Source: Antedon mediterranea (lineage: Eukaryota; Animalia; Echinodermata). From it: a stretch of 64,000 nucleotides of DNA. The position numbers and the translations under genes are program-made. Shown in pieces: positions 39,579 to 53,025 of this stretch. The DNA is taken from the NCBI RefSeq assembly GCF_964355755.1, contig NC_092670.1, forward strand, positions 29,624,388 through 29,688,387. Reading direction: 5' to 3'. The notes below the pieces were generated by a model. It saw nothing but the letters and a program-made list of their open reading frames with translations, did not search any database and had not been told where the DNA came from. Position 1 is the stretch's first letter. Every line of letters starts with the position of its first letter.

Positions 39579-42500
39579 TACTCTAGTAGCTAGATCAACT
39601 TTCGTATGCACTTTGAGGTCCAGAGAATTTGACTTCAGAAATTGGTTTAGGGTGGTCAAACAATCATTTTTGGCTTGGTTACACATTTTGAAAATGTGGC
39701 GAAAGGTCAAAAGGTCAGGGTGAAAGGTCATAAGACCAAACACCAATATGTCCTTAAATCTCAACAACCACTGGTCACAGCGAAGTAATTTTGGTCTCAA
39801 ATTGATCAGAAGGTATACATTTATATTCAGTCTAATGGGACATTTTAGTTTAAAATGACCGGAAATGCCATTTCTGACCTTTGACCCACAACCCAGGGCA
39901 TGTATTTATCTCCGTAACTACTGGTCGTAGACACTTGAATTTGGTTTTAAATTGTTCGAAATATATATTTTGTTATTTGAAAAACATTTTGAAAAATGTT
40001 ACAAAAGGTCAAAGGGTCAGGGTCAAGGGTTATATAAACAAATAAATAAAGGTACTTGTATCTCGGCAACCACTGGTCGCAGCAAGTCAATTTTGGTCTC
40101 AAAATGTTCAGAAGGCATGCATTTATATTCCGTCTAATGGGGCATTTTAGTAAAAAATTATCAGAAATGCCATTTCTGACCTTTGACCCACATACCAGGG
40201 CATCTTCATATCTCTGTAAGTACTGGTCGTAGAAACTTAAATTTGGTATCAAATTGTTCGAAATATACATATTTACATTCATTGTAATAGAAAATGTGGT
40301 TAAAAGATGAACAGAAAATACTATTACTAATGTTTCAAACAAAAAACATATCTCTACACAACTTATCATTAGACAGTAATGTTATGCAATATGATACTTT
40401 AAATTGTTTCAATTTCAAGTAGGCCTACTAGTTTTTATTGCTGTCCACGAGAACATTTTGATATAAACGTCAAGCTCAACAGTTCTTTTCAGAATGCTAG
40501 AAGTAACTTGCCATGTGTATCCGATTAAACGCCCCGGGCATTTATTGTTCAAAAGGGTTTTTAGGGGGAGGGGAGGCATCTTTATTTGGGGTATAATATG
40601 GTAACATGTATATTCAAATAAATACCACCTAGATGTAAAAAATACAGCACAATTAATATAAAAAATGATAACATTATGTCAAAATGCTTGGTAATTGTAG
40701 ATTATGGTAATTAATGAAATGTGTTGTGATACAATTATTTTGTAAATGCATGTGGCGGAGCGTTTATTCCACATGATGATCTATTGGAGGGAATGGAGGC
40801 TTTTATTCAAAGCGGGTGTTAATTCGAATAAATACTCGAGCTCAACAGTTAAGAATGCTAGAAGTAACTTACTATAGTTACCCGAATAAAAGGTCCGGGC
40901 ATTTAGTTATTCATGGAAGGCGTTTATTTTGTTTGGGTGTAATAATGGTAACATGTATAATCAAATAAATACACCCCAGATAAAAAAAAAAAATTAATAT
41001 AATAAGAATAATAACTGGATTAAACCTCATTCTATCCTGTTGCAAGTACAATCATGTAATAAAAGGTATCACAGACAACTATAATAGACCAATTCATTGT
41101 CATTATTCCGTAACACTGTTGCATAATATTTTTGAATGTTACCGACAAAACGTATACATAATATGTATAAGTTTTGTCGGTGTATATTATACACGTCTGT
41201 TCCCAGTGTAGATAATAAAACAATATATGTTTCTGGAGATTTATTATCAATACCACTAGAAACTTTGACATGTTTTAGGTACTGAATTCATTGACAATAA
41301 AAGCATCAGAAGTTATCATGATAAAATCATACTACAACACTGTACTACAGTACACAAGGGTGTTTTCAGGAAAGCTGGACATATTGTACAATAGTAATGA
41401 AGCTATGTATTGGCATTTAAAAATATGCAAAAGATTGTCAAATTGTAGTCACAAACAAACAGATGATAGAATGAAGATCCATTATGAGTGCAATTGTGTC
41501 AGGATAATGATATTTCATTGTTTTATATCATTATACTGGCACCTGGAAGAGAAGATCCATTTAATGTTATCTATGACAGTGTCACTTTTATTCTAAAAGA
41601 CAGAAACATTTCGTTAAAAAGCATAAAGAAGAATACGAATCTCTCAAATAAACGGCACCATTCCCTCTTAGAACACCATGTGGAATACGCCCGCCATGCA
41701 TTTACACAATAATTGTATCACAACACATTACATTAACTACCATAATCTACAATTTACCAAGCATTTTTTTCACTTTTTGATATTAATTGTGCTGTATTTT
41801 TTTTTACATCTAGGTGGTATTTATTTGATTATACATATTACCATATTATACCACAAATAAAGATGCCTCCCCTGCCCTTTGAACAATAAATGCCCGGGGA
41901 GTTTAATCGGATACACATGGCTAGTTACTTCTAGCATTCTGAAAAGAACTGTTGAGCTTGACGTTTCTATCAAAATGTTCTTGGGGACAGCAATAACTAG
42001 TACTTGAAATTGAAACAATTTAAAGTATCTGCAGTTATTGCATAACATTACTGTCTAAAGATAAGTTATGTAGAGATATGTTTTTTGTTTGAAACATTAG
42101 TAATAGTATTTCTGTTCATCTTTTAACCACATTTTCTATTACAATGAATGTAAATATGTATATTTCGAACAATTTGATACCAAATTTAAGTTTCTACGAC
42201 CAGTACTTACAGAGATATGAAGATGCCATGATATGTGGGTCAAAGGTCAGAAATGGCATTTCTGATAATTTTTGACTAAAATGTCCCATTAGATTGAATA
42301 TGAAAGCATGCCTTCTGAACAATTTTTTTGTAAAAATGTGCTACAAATAATAAATATTTATTTCAAACAATTTAAGACCAAAATTAAGTGTCTACGATCA
42401 GTAGTTATGGAGATACATACATGCCCTGAGGTGTGGGTCAAAGGTCAGAAATGGCATTTCCGGTCATTTTTGACTAAAATGTCCCATTAGACTGAATATA

Positions 42501-42743
42501 AATGTATACCTTCTGATCAATTTGAGACCAAAATTACTTCGCTGTGACCAATGGTTGTTGAGATTTAAGGACATATTGGTGTTTGGTCTTATGACCTTTC
42601 ACCCTGACCTTTTGACCTTTCGCCACATTTTCAAAATGTGTAACCAAGCCAAAAATGATTGTTTGACCACCCTAAACCAATTTCTGAAGTCAAATTCTCT
42701 GGACCTCAAAGTGCATACGAAAGTTGATCTAGCTACTAGAGTA
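39579..42743. mobile_element. Foldback-type element with ~1.1-1.2-kb inverted arms (Academ-like)
   Basis: TAG|TACTCTAGTAGCTAGATCAACT...AGTTGATCTAGCTACTAGAGTA|TAG. Arms 39579-~40783 and ~41669-42743; the ORF track shows the same peptide on opposite strands. Confidence 0.88.
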
Positions 42744-43269
42744 TAGTGACTCGTTTCATTATATGATTGTAATAAATATAAACTACTGTATTATAAGTAT
42801 ATATGTACTATTGAATGTAACAATATAAAAGTTATCATACATGTTTTTGTTTGATTCATACAGTATTTTCTAGTTTCATATTCATCGAAATATAATGTTG
42901 TTGGCTTTATAATCGTTTACACTGAAATTTGAAAATAAAACCTGTAATGTAGATTACAACCACGATTCCAGTTGAGATCATTCATTTTTTTGGACATTGT
43001 GTGACGAAAATAACAGAGAAATAAATATAGATGTTACAGTTATAAAACTATTGGTCAATATTACTGAGCCCGAGCCTTAAATATGGAAGCGTTTTTACCT
43101 ACACTATTGACCTTTCTAATCTTCAAACACAAACAAAAGTGGGTATATCGTGGGACCTAAGAAGAGACTGTTTTAAATTTAATATAAACTGGTATCCAAG
43201 GAGAAACCCTTCACATGTAGAGGCATACTGTCAACCGTAATAGTCTTCATGACTACGGATTTGTGGAAA

Positions 43270-45302
43270 TTGTTTTATATAATTCTAGTTGTGTTGTGAG
43301 AAAAAAAATTAATTTTTAATTATAGATTCTCTAATTCCCAGTTTTAATGTCATTTTATAGGTTATATCCTCTGGAAATTTGAATAAATTATCAGATCGTT
43401 GATTGATTACTCATCTCTTATTTTGAAGCTCCTCTTTCATTTGTTTACTTCTTTTATTTGCTAACCTAAGCAGATCCCACATGCCCATCCACCACCACTT
43501 TCGACTAAATTGAGAGGCTCGTTTCGTTAAGAATATCGTATATAGCCATAATACGTGATTTTGGCCCTTTATCGGCAGAACCTCTCGTAAGGGGTCACCG
43601 CCCGTAAGCGGCCACTTTTCCAGGTCCCGAGGGTGGCCACTTACGGGAGGTTCAACTGTATTTAAAAAAACAATTATCCTTAGTTATGCATAGAAACAGG
43701 TTCTAAGATAACATAAATAATACATTTTGACATAACTTGACCCAACAAAAATGACCCTTTCACAAGGTCAGACGTTTTCTTGGATTCAGTAGATAAGTAA
43801 ATTTGGGAAAAGGTAGTAAAGCTATGTAATCAATTGTTTGTAGTCATGAAACCCCATATTAAAAATATTGTACTTAGTTACGTATAGAAACAGTTGCTAC
43901 AATACACTATATAGGTAAAATGTTGATGTCATTTGACCTCAATATGTAAAATTTGTTTTTTTTTCATTAAAACTCACTATTTAATTTATTTTTTTAAATA
44001 TCATTAGTTACGTAAACAGGTTTAAGATAACACTAAAGGTCATTTTTTTACCTTTATTCAGATTCGTCAAGACTTTCTTTCTGAGATTATTAGGATTCAG
44101 TATTTAAAGTAAATTTGGCAAAAAGTAGAAATGTAAAACTATGTAGAAAAAATGAAAAACCCCTTATTTTTTTGAAATTTTCGCATAGAAACAGTTACTA
44201 TGGTAAAATGTTGACCTCAAAATGAATGAATTTACAAGGTCAAGTTTGTCATTAATGGAATGCAGTAGAAGTAAAATTGAGAAAAATTACAATGCAATCA
44301 ATTCTTTGTATTTATAAAAACGCCATTTTTTTCGTTAAAAAAAAAATTACTTTCCTTAGTTACACATAGAAATGGTTGCTAAGGTAACACTATAGGTAAA
44401 ATATGAAAATTGTTGAGAATTGTTTTGAACTATCTTGTAAATTTAGATCAAACATTAATAATTGTAGTAAAGTGGGGACCAGTCCTGTTTTGCATTCTGA
44501 CCCCTTTTGACCTCAAATGACCTATTTACAAGGTCAGATTTTTTGGGAGGTCTTTCTGTATCTCTTTACACAAAATAGATTTAAAAATTTATAAAAACCA
44601 TTGACGCAATTATTTCCAAGTTTAACATTATTTTCCATCAACTAAATATTTCAATGCAAAATACTGTTTTTCTGGCAATTAATTGAAATAAACCTGGCAA
44701 CACATTCTCCTATTTTATCTAAACTATTCGTATGACTCTAGTAGCATTATGACAAGCCACATATACATTTTATTATTGGATTAGCCATATTTAAATTGTG
44801 TTTCAGTGTTTTGTTTGTTGATATTTTGTTATATTTTTTGTATTTTTCGTATTTTCCTGGCAACACAAAACCTATGTACGAAATTTACCCCAGTGTTTTT
44901 TTTGTGATTATTGTTGAAAAACCTATTGACTATCAAATTAAAAAACCTCATTGATTTAAAAACACCACTTTGGAAGTTATAGGTACGTTTATGAGGTATA
45001 CTTTTATAAAAAAAATATTGTTTAAAAACACCCCTTTTTAAAATAATGGTATCAACCAAACTCCATTTTGTAATTTATTTTTTTTCTACATTAAATGGAA
45101 CTCAATACATAAAATCTGTGAAAAATGGCAAAAACATCAACATTTGGATAATTGACCGTTGTCATGGCAACGGAGGCTAAAAATTAAAATGAATGTTATA
45201 GATATGCTTTTTATTGAAATGTCTATTCATGGTAAAAATTTGAGAGAAATCCATTTTTTTACATCTGCCACCAAATCTTTGATTTTTACAGACAATTGGC
45301 TC
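43270..45302 (-). mobile_element. Inverted, deleted second copy of the Sola3-type element
   Basis: Reverse complement of 21744-22680, 24520-25465 and 32868-33115 joined together. Ends ...ACAGACAATTGGCTC|TTAA at 45302. Confidence 0.85.
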
Positions 45303-46920
45303 TTAATTGCCGTTGATCTGTCGCTTGTCAGATTTGAGCATGCGCATATCCATTGCTTTCCTGTGACGTGTCATCAAGCGAGACTCGTTGTCAATCAAAT
45401 ACACACGGAAACACGTTGTACAGCAGAAGAATGTACCACACTCGACAAATTGGAACCCGGAATTCTCGAGGAATTGTAGTAAGCCAGCGAACATGAAGCC
45501 CAGGAAAATGGTATGCTAGGCTAAAACTAGGCATTGCATTTAAGTTCAGCTAGGCCTCTTCTCTTTAAGGAGGCCTCTAGGGCCTAGGCCTAGCCTGCCC
45601 TGGCCCACTCTAGATTTTATCTAGCCTCTAGGCCGTCTACACCTCCGGGTTGATTGTAACAACGATAATTCTGAATTTGGTCGCCCTCTCTAGGCTAGAT
45701 CTATGTTGCTAACTCATGATGCGCCCTCAATTAGATGTCAAGACCTCAAACCATTAGTAGGTACTTACACAGGAGTCTGTATTTTTTAGATAAATTATTA
45801 TTTTTCCATTATTATAAGACAACATGAGTTAATTTTAAATGTTACTATGCTATTTAGGTATGGATGTTAGTGTAGGCCTACATCCAACTACTACTAGTGC
45901 AACCCATCAGAAGAAGGAAGTGTCAACAAACCAATCAAGGAAAAAGAGTAAGGATTTTTTTTAATAATTTTGAGTGAATGATAACATTTTAATTTGAACC
46001 TTTCATCTGTAGTATATTAAATGCATTCTCATCATTTATTAAAACTGTTATATGCTTAATAATATTTCTTTTCTGTATTATCAGGCATCAACCGACCCTC
46101 CAATAATTTTAGTGAAGATGAAGCTGTCAGCAGGGTAAATGAATACATTAATGCTGCTTTTATTATGTTAGTGAAGGATCCGGTATACAGCAATGACTTG
46201 TATCCACTAGTCATGACTTGCAGAATCAAATACTATTATAAAAACATTTTCGGACAGTACAAAATTACTCTGTAAGGTAATAATATCAGGAAACACAAAG
46301 AAAATGAAACCAGAAGAGTTGAAGTGCCGGGCATTTCAACAACACATGTGTACAAGTTTGGGAAGGTGGGTACCCAGATCCTGTATTGATATTGAGCATT
46401 TTTAATGTATTACAAGCATTGCTGGTGTTACATATGGAATGCGCATCATCGCGTCAGCAAAGAAGACAAGACAACATAAATTCCCAATCTTATGAAAATC
46501 ATGTTTTATAGTAATATTGTTGAGGAACTATAAAACCAATATGATAATACAGTGAATGATGCTGGTATAAAACGACATCCTGTGTGTTGGTCATATTATT
46601 AATGTGTACATAAAACCAAGGATTCGTGGGCTGTGTACTACAGGCAGGATTTGCAAGAGGCATGACACAAATACTGTTTGCGTATTAGCGATGTATCCTA
46701 CAGGATAAAATCTTCATAAGAATGAAAGCATTCAATTTTGCTCAGTTGTTTTTTTACTTTCTAACGACAAGACTTGAACATTACTACCAACAGAGAATAA
46801 TAATGTAAACAATGTACTGACATTAAGGCACCTAACAGAAAATTCAAGGCAATTTACCCACAGAGAATCAAACAAGTACATCAAAAATAGTTTGTTGTAA
46901 CAAGTAGAGAAAACAGTAAA

Positions 46921-48684
46921 CAGATATAAATCTGTTTGTTCCTTGTTCATATAAATCTGATGTATATTTTATGGCGATCCTGTTTTGGTGTTTTTCTTTA
47001 CACTGTTGGATCTTGAATAAATAAATAAATAAAAAATAAAGATAAACAATGCAAGGTAGACATGTCTGTTGGTCTGTGAATGTATTTTGTGGGATCTAAT
47101 GGTTGTGCATGCAATTCACTACCGGAGGCTACATCAGATTGCAGTAGGGTTTGGTGATTGCGTACCTGTGATGGTAGTCACTAAAGGCCAGTAATAATAA
47201 GGATTGATACAGAAAAAAAAACTTGCAATACAGTAAAAGCAGTTTATTTCAATATCCAGTATCATGACTACAGTGCAATACAGTTTGTGCTTTTTATTCG
47301 TTTCTGTTTTTTGGCCATTTACAAGCAAACATGGACAAAACTAAAAAAAATTGGTGTTACAAATTTAAATCTACTTTCAAGGTATACCTAATAATATATA
47401 AAAGTAACAAAAAAAAACTATAGCTATTTATTTATTTAAAGTAAAAAATTAAAAAAATCACCTGTTTACTATATTATTAGTACAAAGTCTTGTCTTTAAA
47501 AAGAATTTCATGTTGTATGTTTTTTAATAATATTATATTGAGTCGATCATTTACCTAAAAGGTGGGTGTAATGCGACTGACTTTTACGTACAGTTTTGGG
47601 TCGTAACAAGTAAAATCCAGTGATTATTTTATGGCATCTATAAATGTGCTTCTACTTTTAATACCAAATGTAATTCAAGTAAAAAATTAAAAACTATGTT
47701 AAAAATATTTGGTATACTGGGCTTCAAAAATGGTAATGCGACTGACTTTTGTTATGCGACTGACCATACAGTACTTGCAGAGCTGAATTACAATGCAGGG
47801 GGCAGACATAAATCTGTTTGTTCCTTGTTCATATAAATCTGATGTATATTTTATGGCGATCCTGTTTTGGTGTTTTTCTTTACACTGTTGGATCTTGAAT
47901 AAATAAATAAATAAAAAATAAAGATAAACAATGCAAGGTAGACATGTCTGTTGGTCTGTGAATGTATTTTGTGGGATCTAATGGTTGTGCATGCAATTCA
48001 CTACCGGAGGCTACATCAGATTGCAGTAGGGTTTGGTGATTGCGTACCTGTGATGGTAGTCACTAAAGGCCAGTAATAATAAGGATTGATACAGAAAAAA
48101 AAACTTGCAATACAGTAAAAGCAGTTTATTTCAATATCCAGTATCATGACTACAGTGCAATACAGTTTGTGCTTTTTATTCGTTTCTGTTTTTTGGCCAT
48201 TTACAAGCAAACATGGACAAAACTAAAAAAAATTGGTGTTACAAATTTAAATCTACTTTCAAGGTATACCTAATAATATATAAAAGTAACAAAAAAAAAC
48301 TATAGCTATTTATTTATTTAAAGTAAAAAATTAAAAAAATCACCTGTTTACTATATTATTAGTACAAAGTCTTGTCTTTAAAAAGAATTTCATGTTGTAT
48401 GTTTTTTAATAATATTATATTGAGTCGATCATTTACCTAAAAGGTGGGTGTAATGCGACTGACTTTTACGTACAGTTTTGGGTCGTAACAAGTAAAATCC
48501 AGTGATTATTTTATGGCATCTCTAAATGTGCTTCTACTTTTAATACCAAATGTAATTCAAGTAAAAAATTAAAAACTATGTTAAAAATATTTGGTATACT
48601 GGGCTTCAAAAATGGTAATGCGACTGACTTTTGTTATGCGACTGACCATACAGTACTTGCAGAGCTGAATTACAATGCAGGGGG
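46921..48684 (+). repeat. Near-identical 882-bp tandem duplication
   Basis: 46921-47802 vs 47803-48684, with two differences seen. The ORF track gives identical peptides 882 bp apart. CAG microhomology at the junctions. Contains a Sola1-like end (aatgcgactgacttttgttatgcgactgac). Confidence 0.93.
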
Positions 48685-50863
48685 CAGCATACTACCACAA
48701 TGAAGGTGGCAGAATTGCAAACGTCGTTGAAATAGGCACATTAGATGACCTTCTATCTCATATCTGTACCCAAATACCTCAATTTTTGGGACACTGTAAA
48801 CAATGATAGTCTGATTTAATTTGTTTAAGGCTACATTATAATGGTTGACACATGGTTGACGTCTGTAGTCCTCGTAACACAGTGGGAAAGCCACTTCGCG
48901 TTTTGACCGTTAAATCGTGTAAAATCGACTTACTTCCGCATTGACGATTTTGAAGCGCCACCTATCGTTGAAAACTGAAACCACGATTTTTCGTCGCCTA
49001 GCAAATAAGTTTTAAGCTCTCATGAATATTTAAGAACCGCCCAACATTACCTATTATGGTAAAAGCATTTCCTAATAAGTATTATTGAATAACCAATCGG
49101 TTTCCTTCAAAGAAACCGAAGCTAATACAATACATTCGGCGACTGAAGTCGGGACTCGTGAAATTTATAAATGTGGTACGATTTGACTACTGTTTTGTTG
49201 TCCATTTTCTGAATAGTCGGAGGTGCATCCCAACAAATTAAAAAAATTATAATCAATTGTTTTATCAAGAATAATATTAGTTTAATCGAGTATGATATAT
49301 TTCTATCCTGTTCAAAATTTGTTGGTGTATTCTCAGGCCTCGAAAGGTAGGTACATTTTCTAGCTGTGAGCGTGGTTTCGGCAACGCGAGACACGTGTGT
49401 CAGTATAGGCGATAGCGAGACGTGTGTTGTACTGTGTTGATGCTGATCCGATAGTCGTTAAGTTGTACTGATTACGAGTATCATTGGTCCTGGCCGGCCT
49501 AGCCTGGTGATCTGATCCCCGCAAAAAAAATACTTTTTTTCAATCAGTATTAATATTATTATTTTATTTTTCATTTATTATTTGATTTATTAGGCTCAAT
49601 AGATGCCTAGCAGGCTACTAGTACTAGTAGGCCTAGATTATATAAATAATAATAGTAAATAAATACTGTAATTTAATTAATAAAATACAGCTTCCGTTTG
49701 CCTTACTTTTATGTCATCATATAATATTATAATTATATATACAACCAGACATTAACATTTTTTTTAAATAATATTTATTATTTTTTCTGACACTTTCAGG
49801 AATCGTTGATGATGCAGAGTTCTTTGTCTTTGTGACTTCAAACTGAGAGTGAAGTGGATAAAAAGATGACACCGGTACCTACCGACATTGTCATACCCAA
49901 ACTATAATTTAATTATTTAAAACAAAATGTTGAATTACAAATATATATGTATGTTGCAGAGGATTTAGATGAATTGGGTGTTTCCATAAATTAAGGGCCA
50001 GTGGGTATTTTAGTATTGGTGATAGTTAGTTTGCTGTTTACTCTAAATTGGTAATAGTTATTTAAAAAATAATTTTTTCATATGATAGAAGAATGGTATG
50101 AGTTAATACTATTACATGTTGAAAAAAAAAATTGCAAAAAAACCCCGATTTTTTAAACAAAAATATCGTGGTGTCTAGCTCATTTGATTAAAATATGTGT
50201 GACATTAAAATACACTGACATATCAGCGTTTAAAAAATATGCTACAGCAATATTTATTTTTTATTTATTTATCATCATAATAGAGTACAACGCAACGTTA
50301 AATTATAAGCTAATTACAATTTCCCACGATTTTTTGTTTTCTACACAACGGTCCACGACGTCCAGCATCACAACGTAACATTTCGTGTCTCACTTTGTTA
50401 CGTTGTTAGTACGATCTTTATTATTGAACAGACACAAGAAATAACACTATAATGACGAAAATCGAATTACATTCAACACAACAGATCACTGAAATTTACC
50501 TTACACAATGTTCTACAAAATGGCGATTTTATTTAGTCCGTTACAGACGAAAAACTATTTTTTTACAACATTTCGTGTCTCGTATATTCGTTACGTAGTT
50601 ATTCATAGACCATCGGTGGTGAACGCCGCGAGAGCTATTTTTAAAGTTGAAGGTCACGTGATTCAAGAAGCAGGCGAACTAAAGTCTCGGCGAAAAAATC
50701 ATCGCTGGGATCCGCGCTAATTTCGAGTTACAGCGGTAGAGACTTTTCGTGTCCCTCTGTTACGTTATTTCAACTGTTACGTTGTAAATAACTTCTACGC
50801 ACTTCATTGCATGTAAGTTTTGTGTATTTTTATTTTGTTAGTTTTTAGAATTTAGAAAATAGT

Positions 50864-52306
50864 GGTAGGTAAATATATGGGCCCTTTGAGAATAAACTTG
50901 CAATACTTTGACAATACTGTAAATACCTATTAACTATTTTTCATTTGAATCGAACATTTCTTACTGTGAATGTTCGTACTGTTAGATGTAATATAAAAAT
51001 ATATACAAATAAACTTTATTACTGAGACTGTGGATAGGCTCTACTGTTAGATATACAAATAAACTTTATACTGACAGTTTCCTTCTCAACGTTTGTATTA
51101 ATTAATACCTATTACCTATTTTTCATTTGAATCGAACATTTCTTACTGTGAATGTTCGTACTGTTAGATGTAATATAAAATATATACAAATAAACTTTAT
51201 TACTGAGACTGTGGATAGGCTCTACTGTTAGATATACAAATAAACTTTATACTGACAGTTCCTTCTCAACGTTTGTATTAATTAATAATTCTCAAAAATA
51301 TAAACGTCGTAGTGGTGTATCGTGACATGTACTTTAATATTTCAATCGATTATGACAGTGACAGTTTTAACAAAGTATTAAATCGCAAATGTTTTAGGCC
51401 TACTGTATTTAGAGGTATATTATTTATAGGCCTATAAAACATGAACAAAATATTTCGTTACTCAGTGGATAAAGAATATATTTAAAAATTGTTCCTCTTT
51501 GTACCTATCCGCTTTCCCATCCCTCAACCCTAATGTTACATAGCGAGGAGGCTTCGCATTTTCCTATCTCCTCCTACGATAATTGTTTTTAATAGCTGAA
51601 AACCGGTTGAACAGCTAGAGTACACCATCATAATGTTGAAGACAGGCCGATTTTCTTAAAAAAAATACTATTTTGATAGATTTAATATACGATTATACAA
51701 ATGTATTGATTTACGATGAATGGAACATCCCAATCTCTCAGTCTGCCAGAGTTTGGTTTAACACAAGTACTGTAGGTAAATTTATGAGCCCTTGGTTTAA
51801 CACATACGGTAGGTAAATATATGGGCCCTTTGAGAATAAACTTGCAATACTTTGACAATACTGTAAATACCTATTAACTATTTTTCATTTGAATCGAACA
51901 TTTCTTACTGTGAATGTTCGTACTGTTAGATGTAATATAAAAATATATACAAATAAACTTTATTACTGAGACTGTGGATAGGCTCTACTGTTAGATATAC
52001 AAATAAACTTTATACTGACAGTTCCTTCTCAACGTTTGTATTAATTAATAATTACCAAAAATATAAACGTCGTAGTGGTGTATCGTGACATGTACTTTAA
52101 TATTTCAATCGATTATGACAGTGACAGTTTTAACAAAGTATTAAATCGCAAATGTTTTAGGCCTACTGTATTTAGAGGTATATTATTTATAGGCCTATAA
52201 AACATGAACAAAATATTTCATTACTCAGTGGATAAAGAATATATTTAAAAATTGTTCCTCTTTGTACCTATCCGCTTTCCCATCCCTCAACCCTAATGTT
52301 ACATAG
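50864..52306 (+). repeat. Direct duplication in the Helitron 5' region (50864-51543 vs 51808-52306)
   Basis: ggtaggtaaatatatgggccc...ccctaatgttacatag occurs twice; the first copy holds an extra ~180-bp internal tandem unit. Confidence 0.9.
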
Positions 52307-52951
52307 AAACACAAATTGGGTTTCTTTAAATGAGTCATCAAATCAAAAATTTGGACTCATTGTGTGATAAGTTTCTCCTTCGGAAGGTGCTAATTTTAGT
52401 TGACTACATAAATCATCGTGTCTTTTTATTCGTTTCTGTAAACGACAATGTATTATAGTCCTGCGGTACGTACATTTGAAATCGCCAGTTTTGTTACGCT
52501 GAAATTACTGACGTGTATTCGAGAACCATCTGTGGGCACGACCTAGATGGTACGCGAGCCTACATTTTCTAATATTGTTCCGAAGTGATTGATAGGCATA
52601 CGTGAGTTTTACAATAATTTACGTTGGTTGGTCTAACTACGATCGTGCTCTTTGTGGGCGACAGTAATGACAGATAACCCAAAAAACCACCTAAACCTAT
52701 TCATTTAAATCAATACATTTTTAATAAATATGTCAGAAAGTAAAGATGGGAATAGCCATGAATACAGTATTACTATAAACCAAGGAACAACGGAAGACAT
52801 TCAACTTCTATCAAACTCATTCTCAATAACGGGTTTTGCTCACAGTCATTATTAAACCTATTAATTAATTTACTCATCATTCAAGTTAAATTATTATATT
52901 GTATTTCCATCGTTTACGTTCATATTGTTGCTGTGATTTTTCTGATGTACG

Positions 52952-53025
52952 ATGCCAAAGACAAAGAAAAACTCGGCTAGGTTTTACACCAACTACCAAA
53001 AACAAAGACGCAATCACCGAAAATG
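52952..53025 (+). CDS. Predicted first coding exon of Helitron Rep/Hel
   Basis: ATG-MPKTKKNSARFYTNYQKQRRNHRK-TG|GTAAGT, a consensus phase-2 donor. Joining to the acceptor at 56127 gives TG+T (Cys) in the Rep/Hel frame. Confidence 0.6.

Noticed and set aside
39508-42746. Duplicated peptide MRPKLLRCDQW... on opposite strands
   Set aside because: Reflects the inverted arms of the foldback element; non-ATG starts and no coding signature.
45480-46720. Series of exon-like GT/AG-bounded segments after a CpG-richer patch
   Set aside because: No sustained ORF or identifiable motif; probably a decayed TE or gene, but unsupported.
48878-48916. RSS heptamer CACAGTG suggesting Transib/ProtoRAG
   Set aside because: No nonamer at 12 or 23 bp, the other end lacks CACTGTG, the leading CA belongs to the AACA TSD, and there is no RAG-like ORF.
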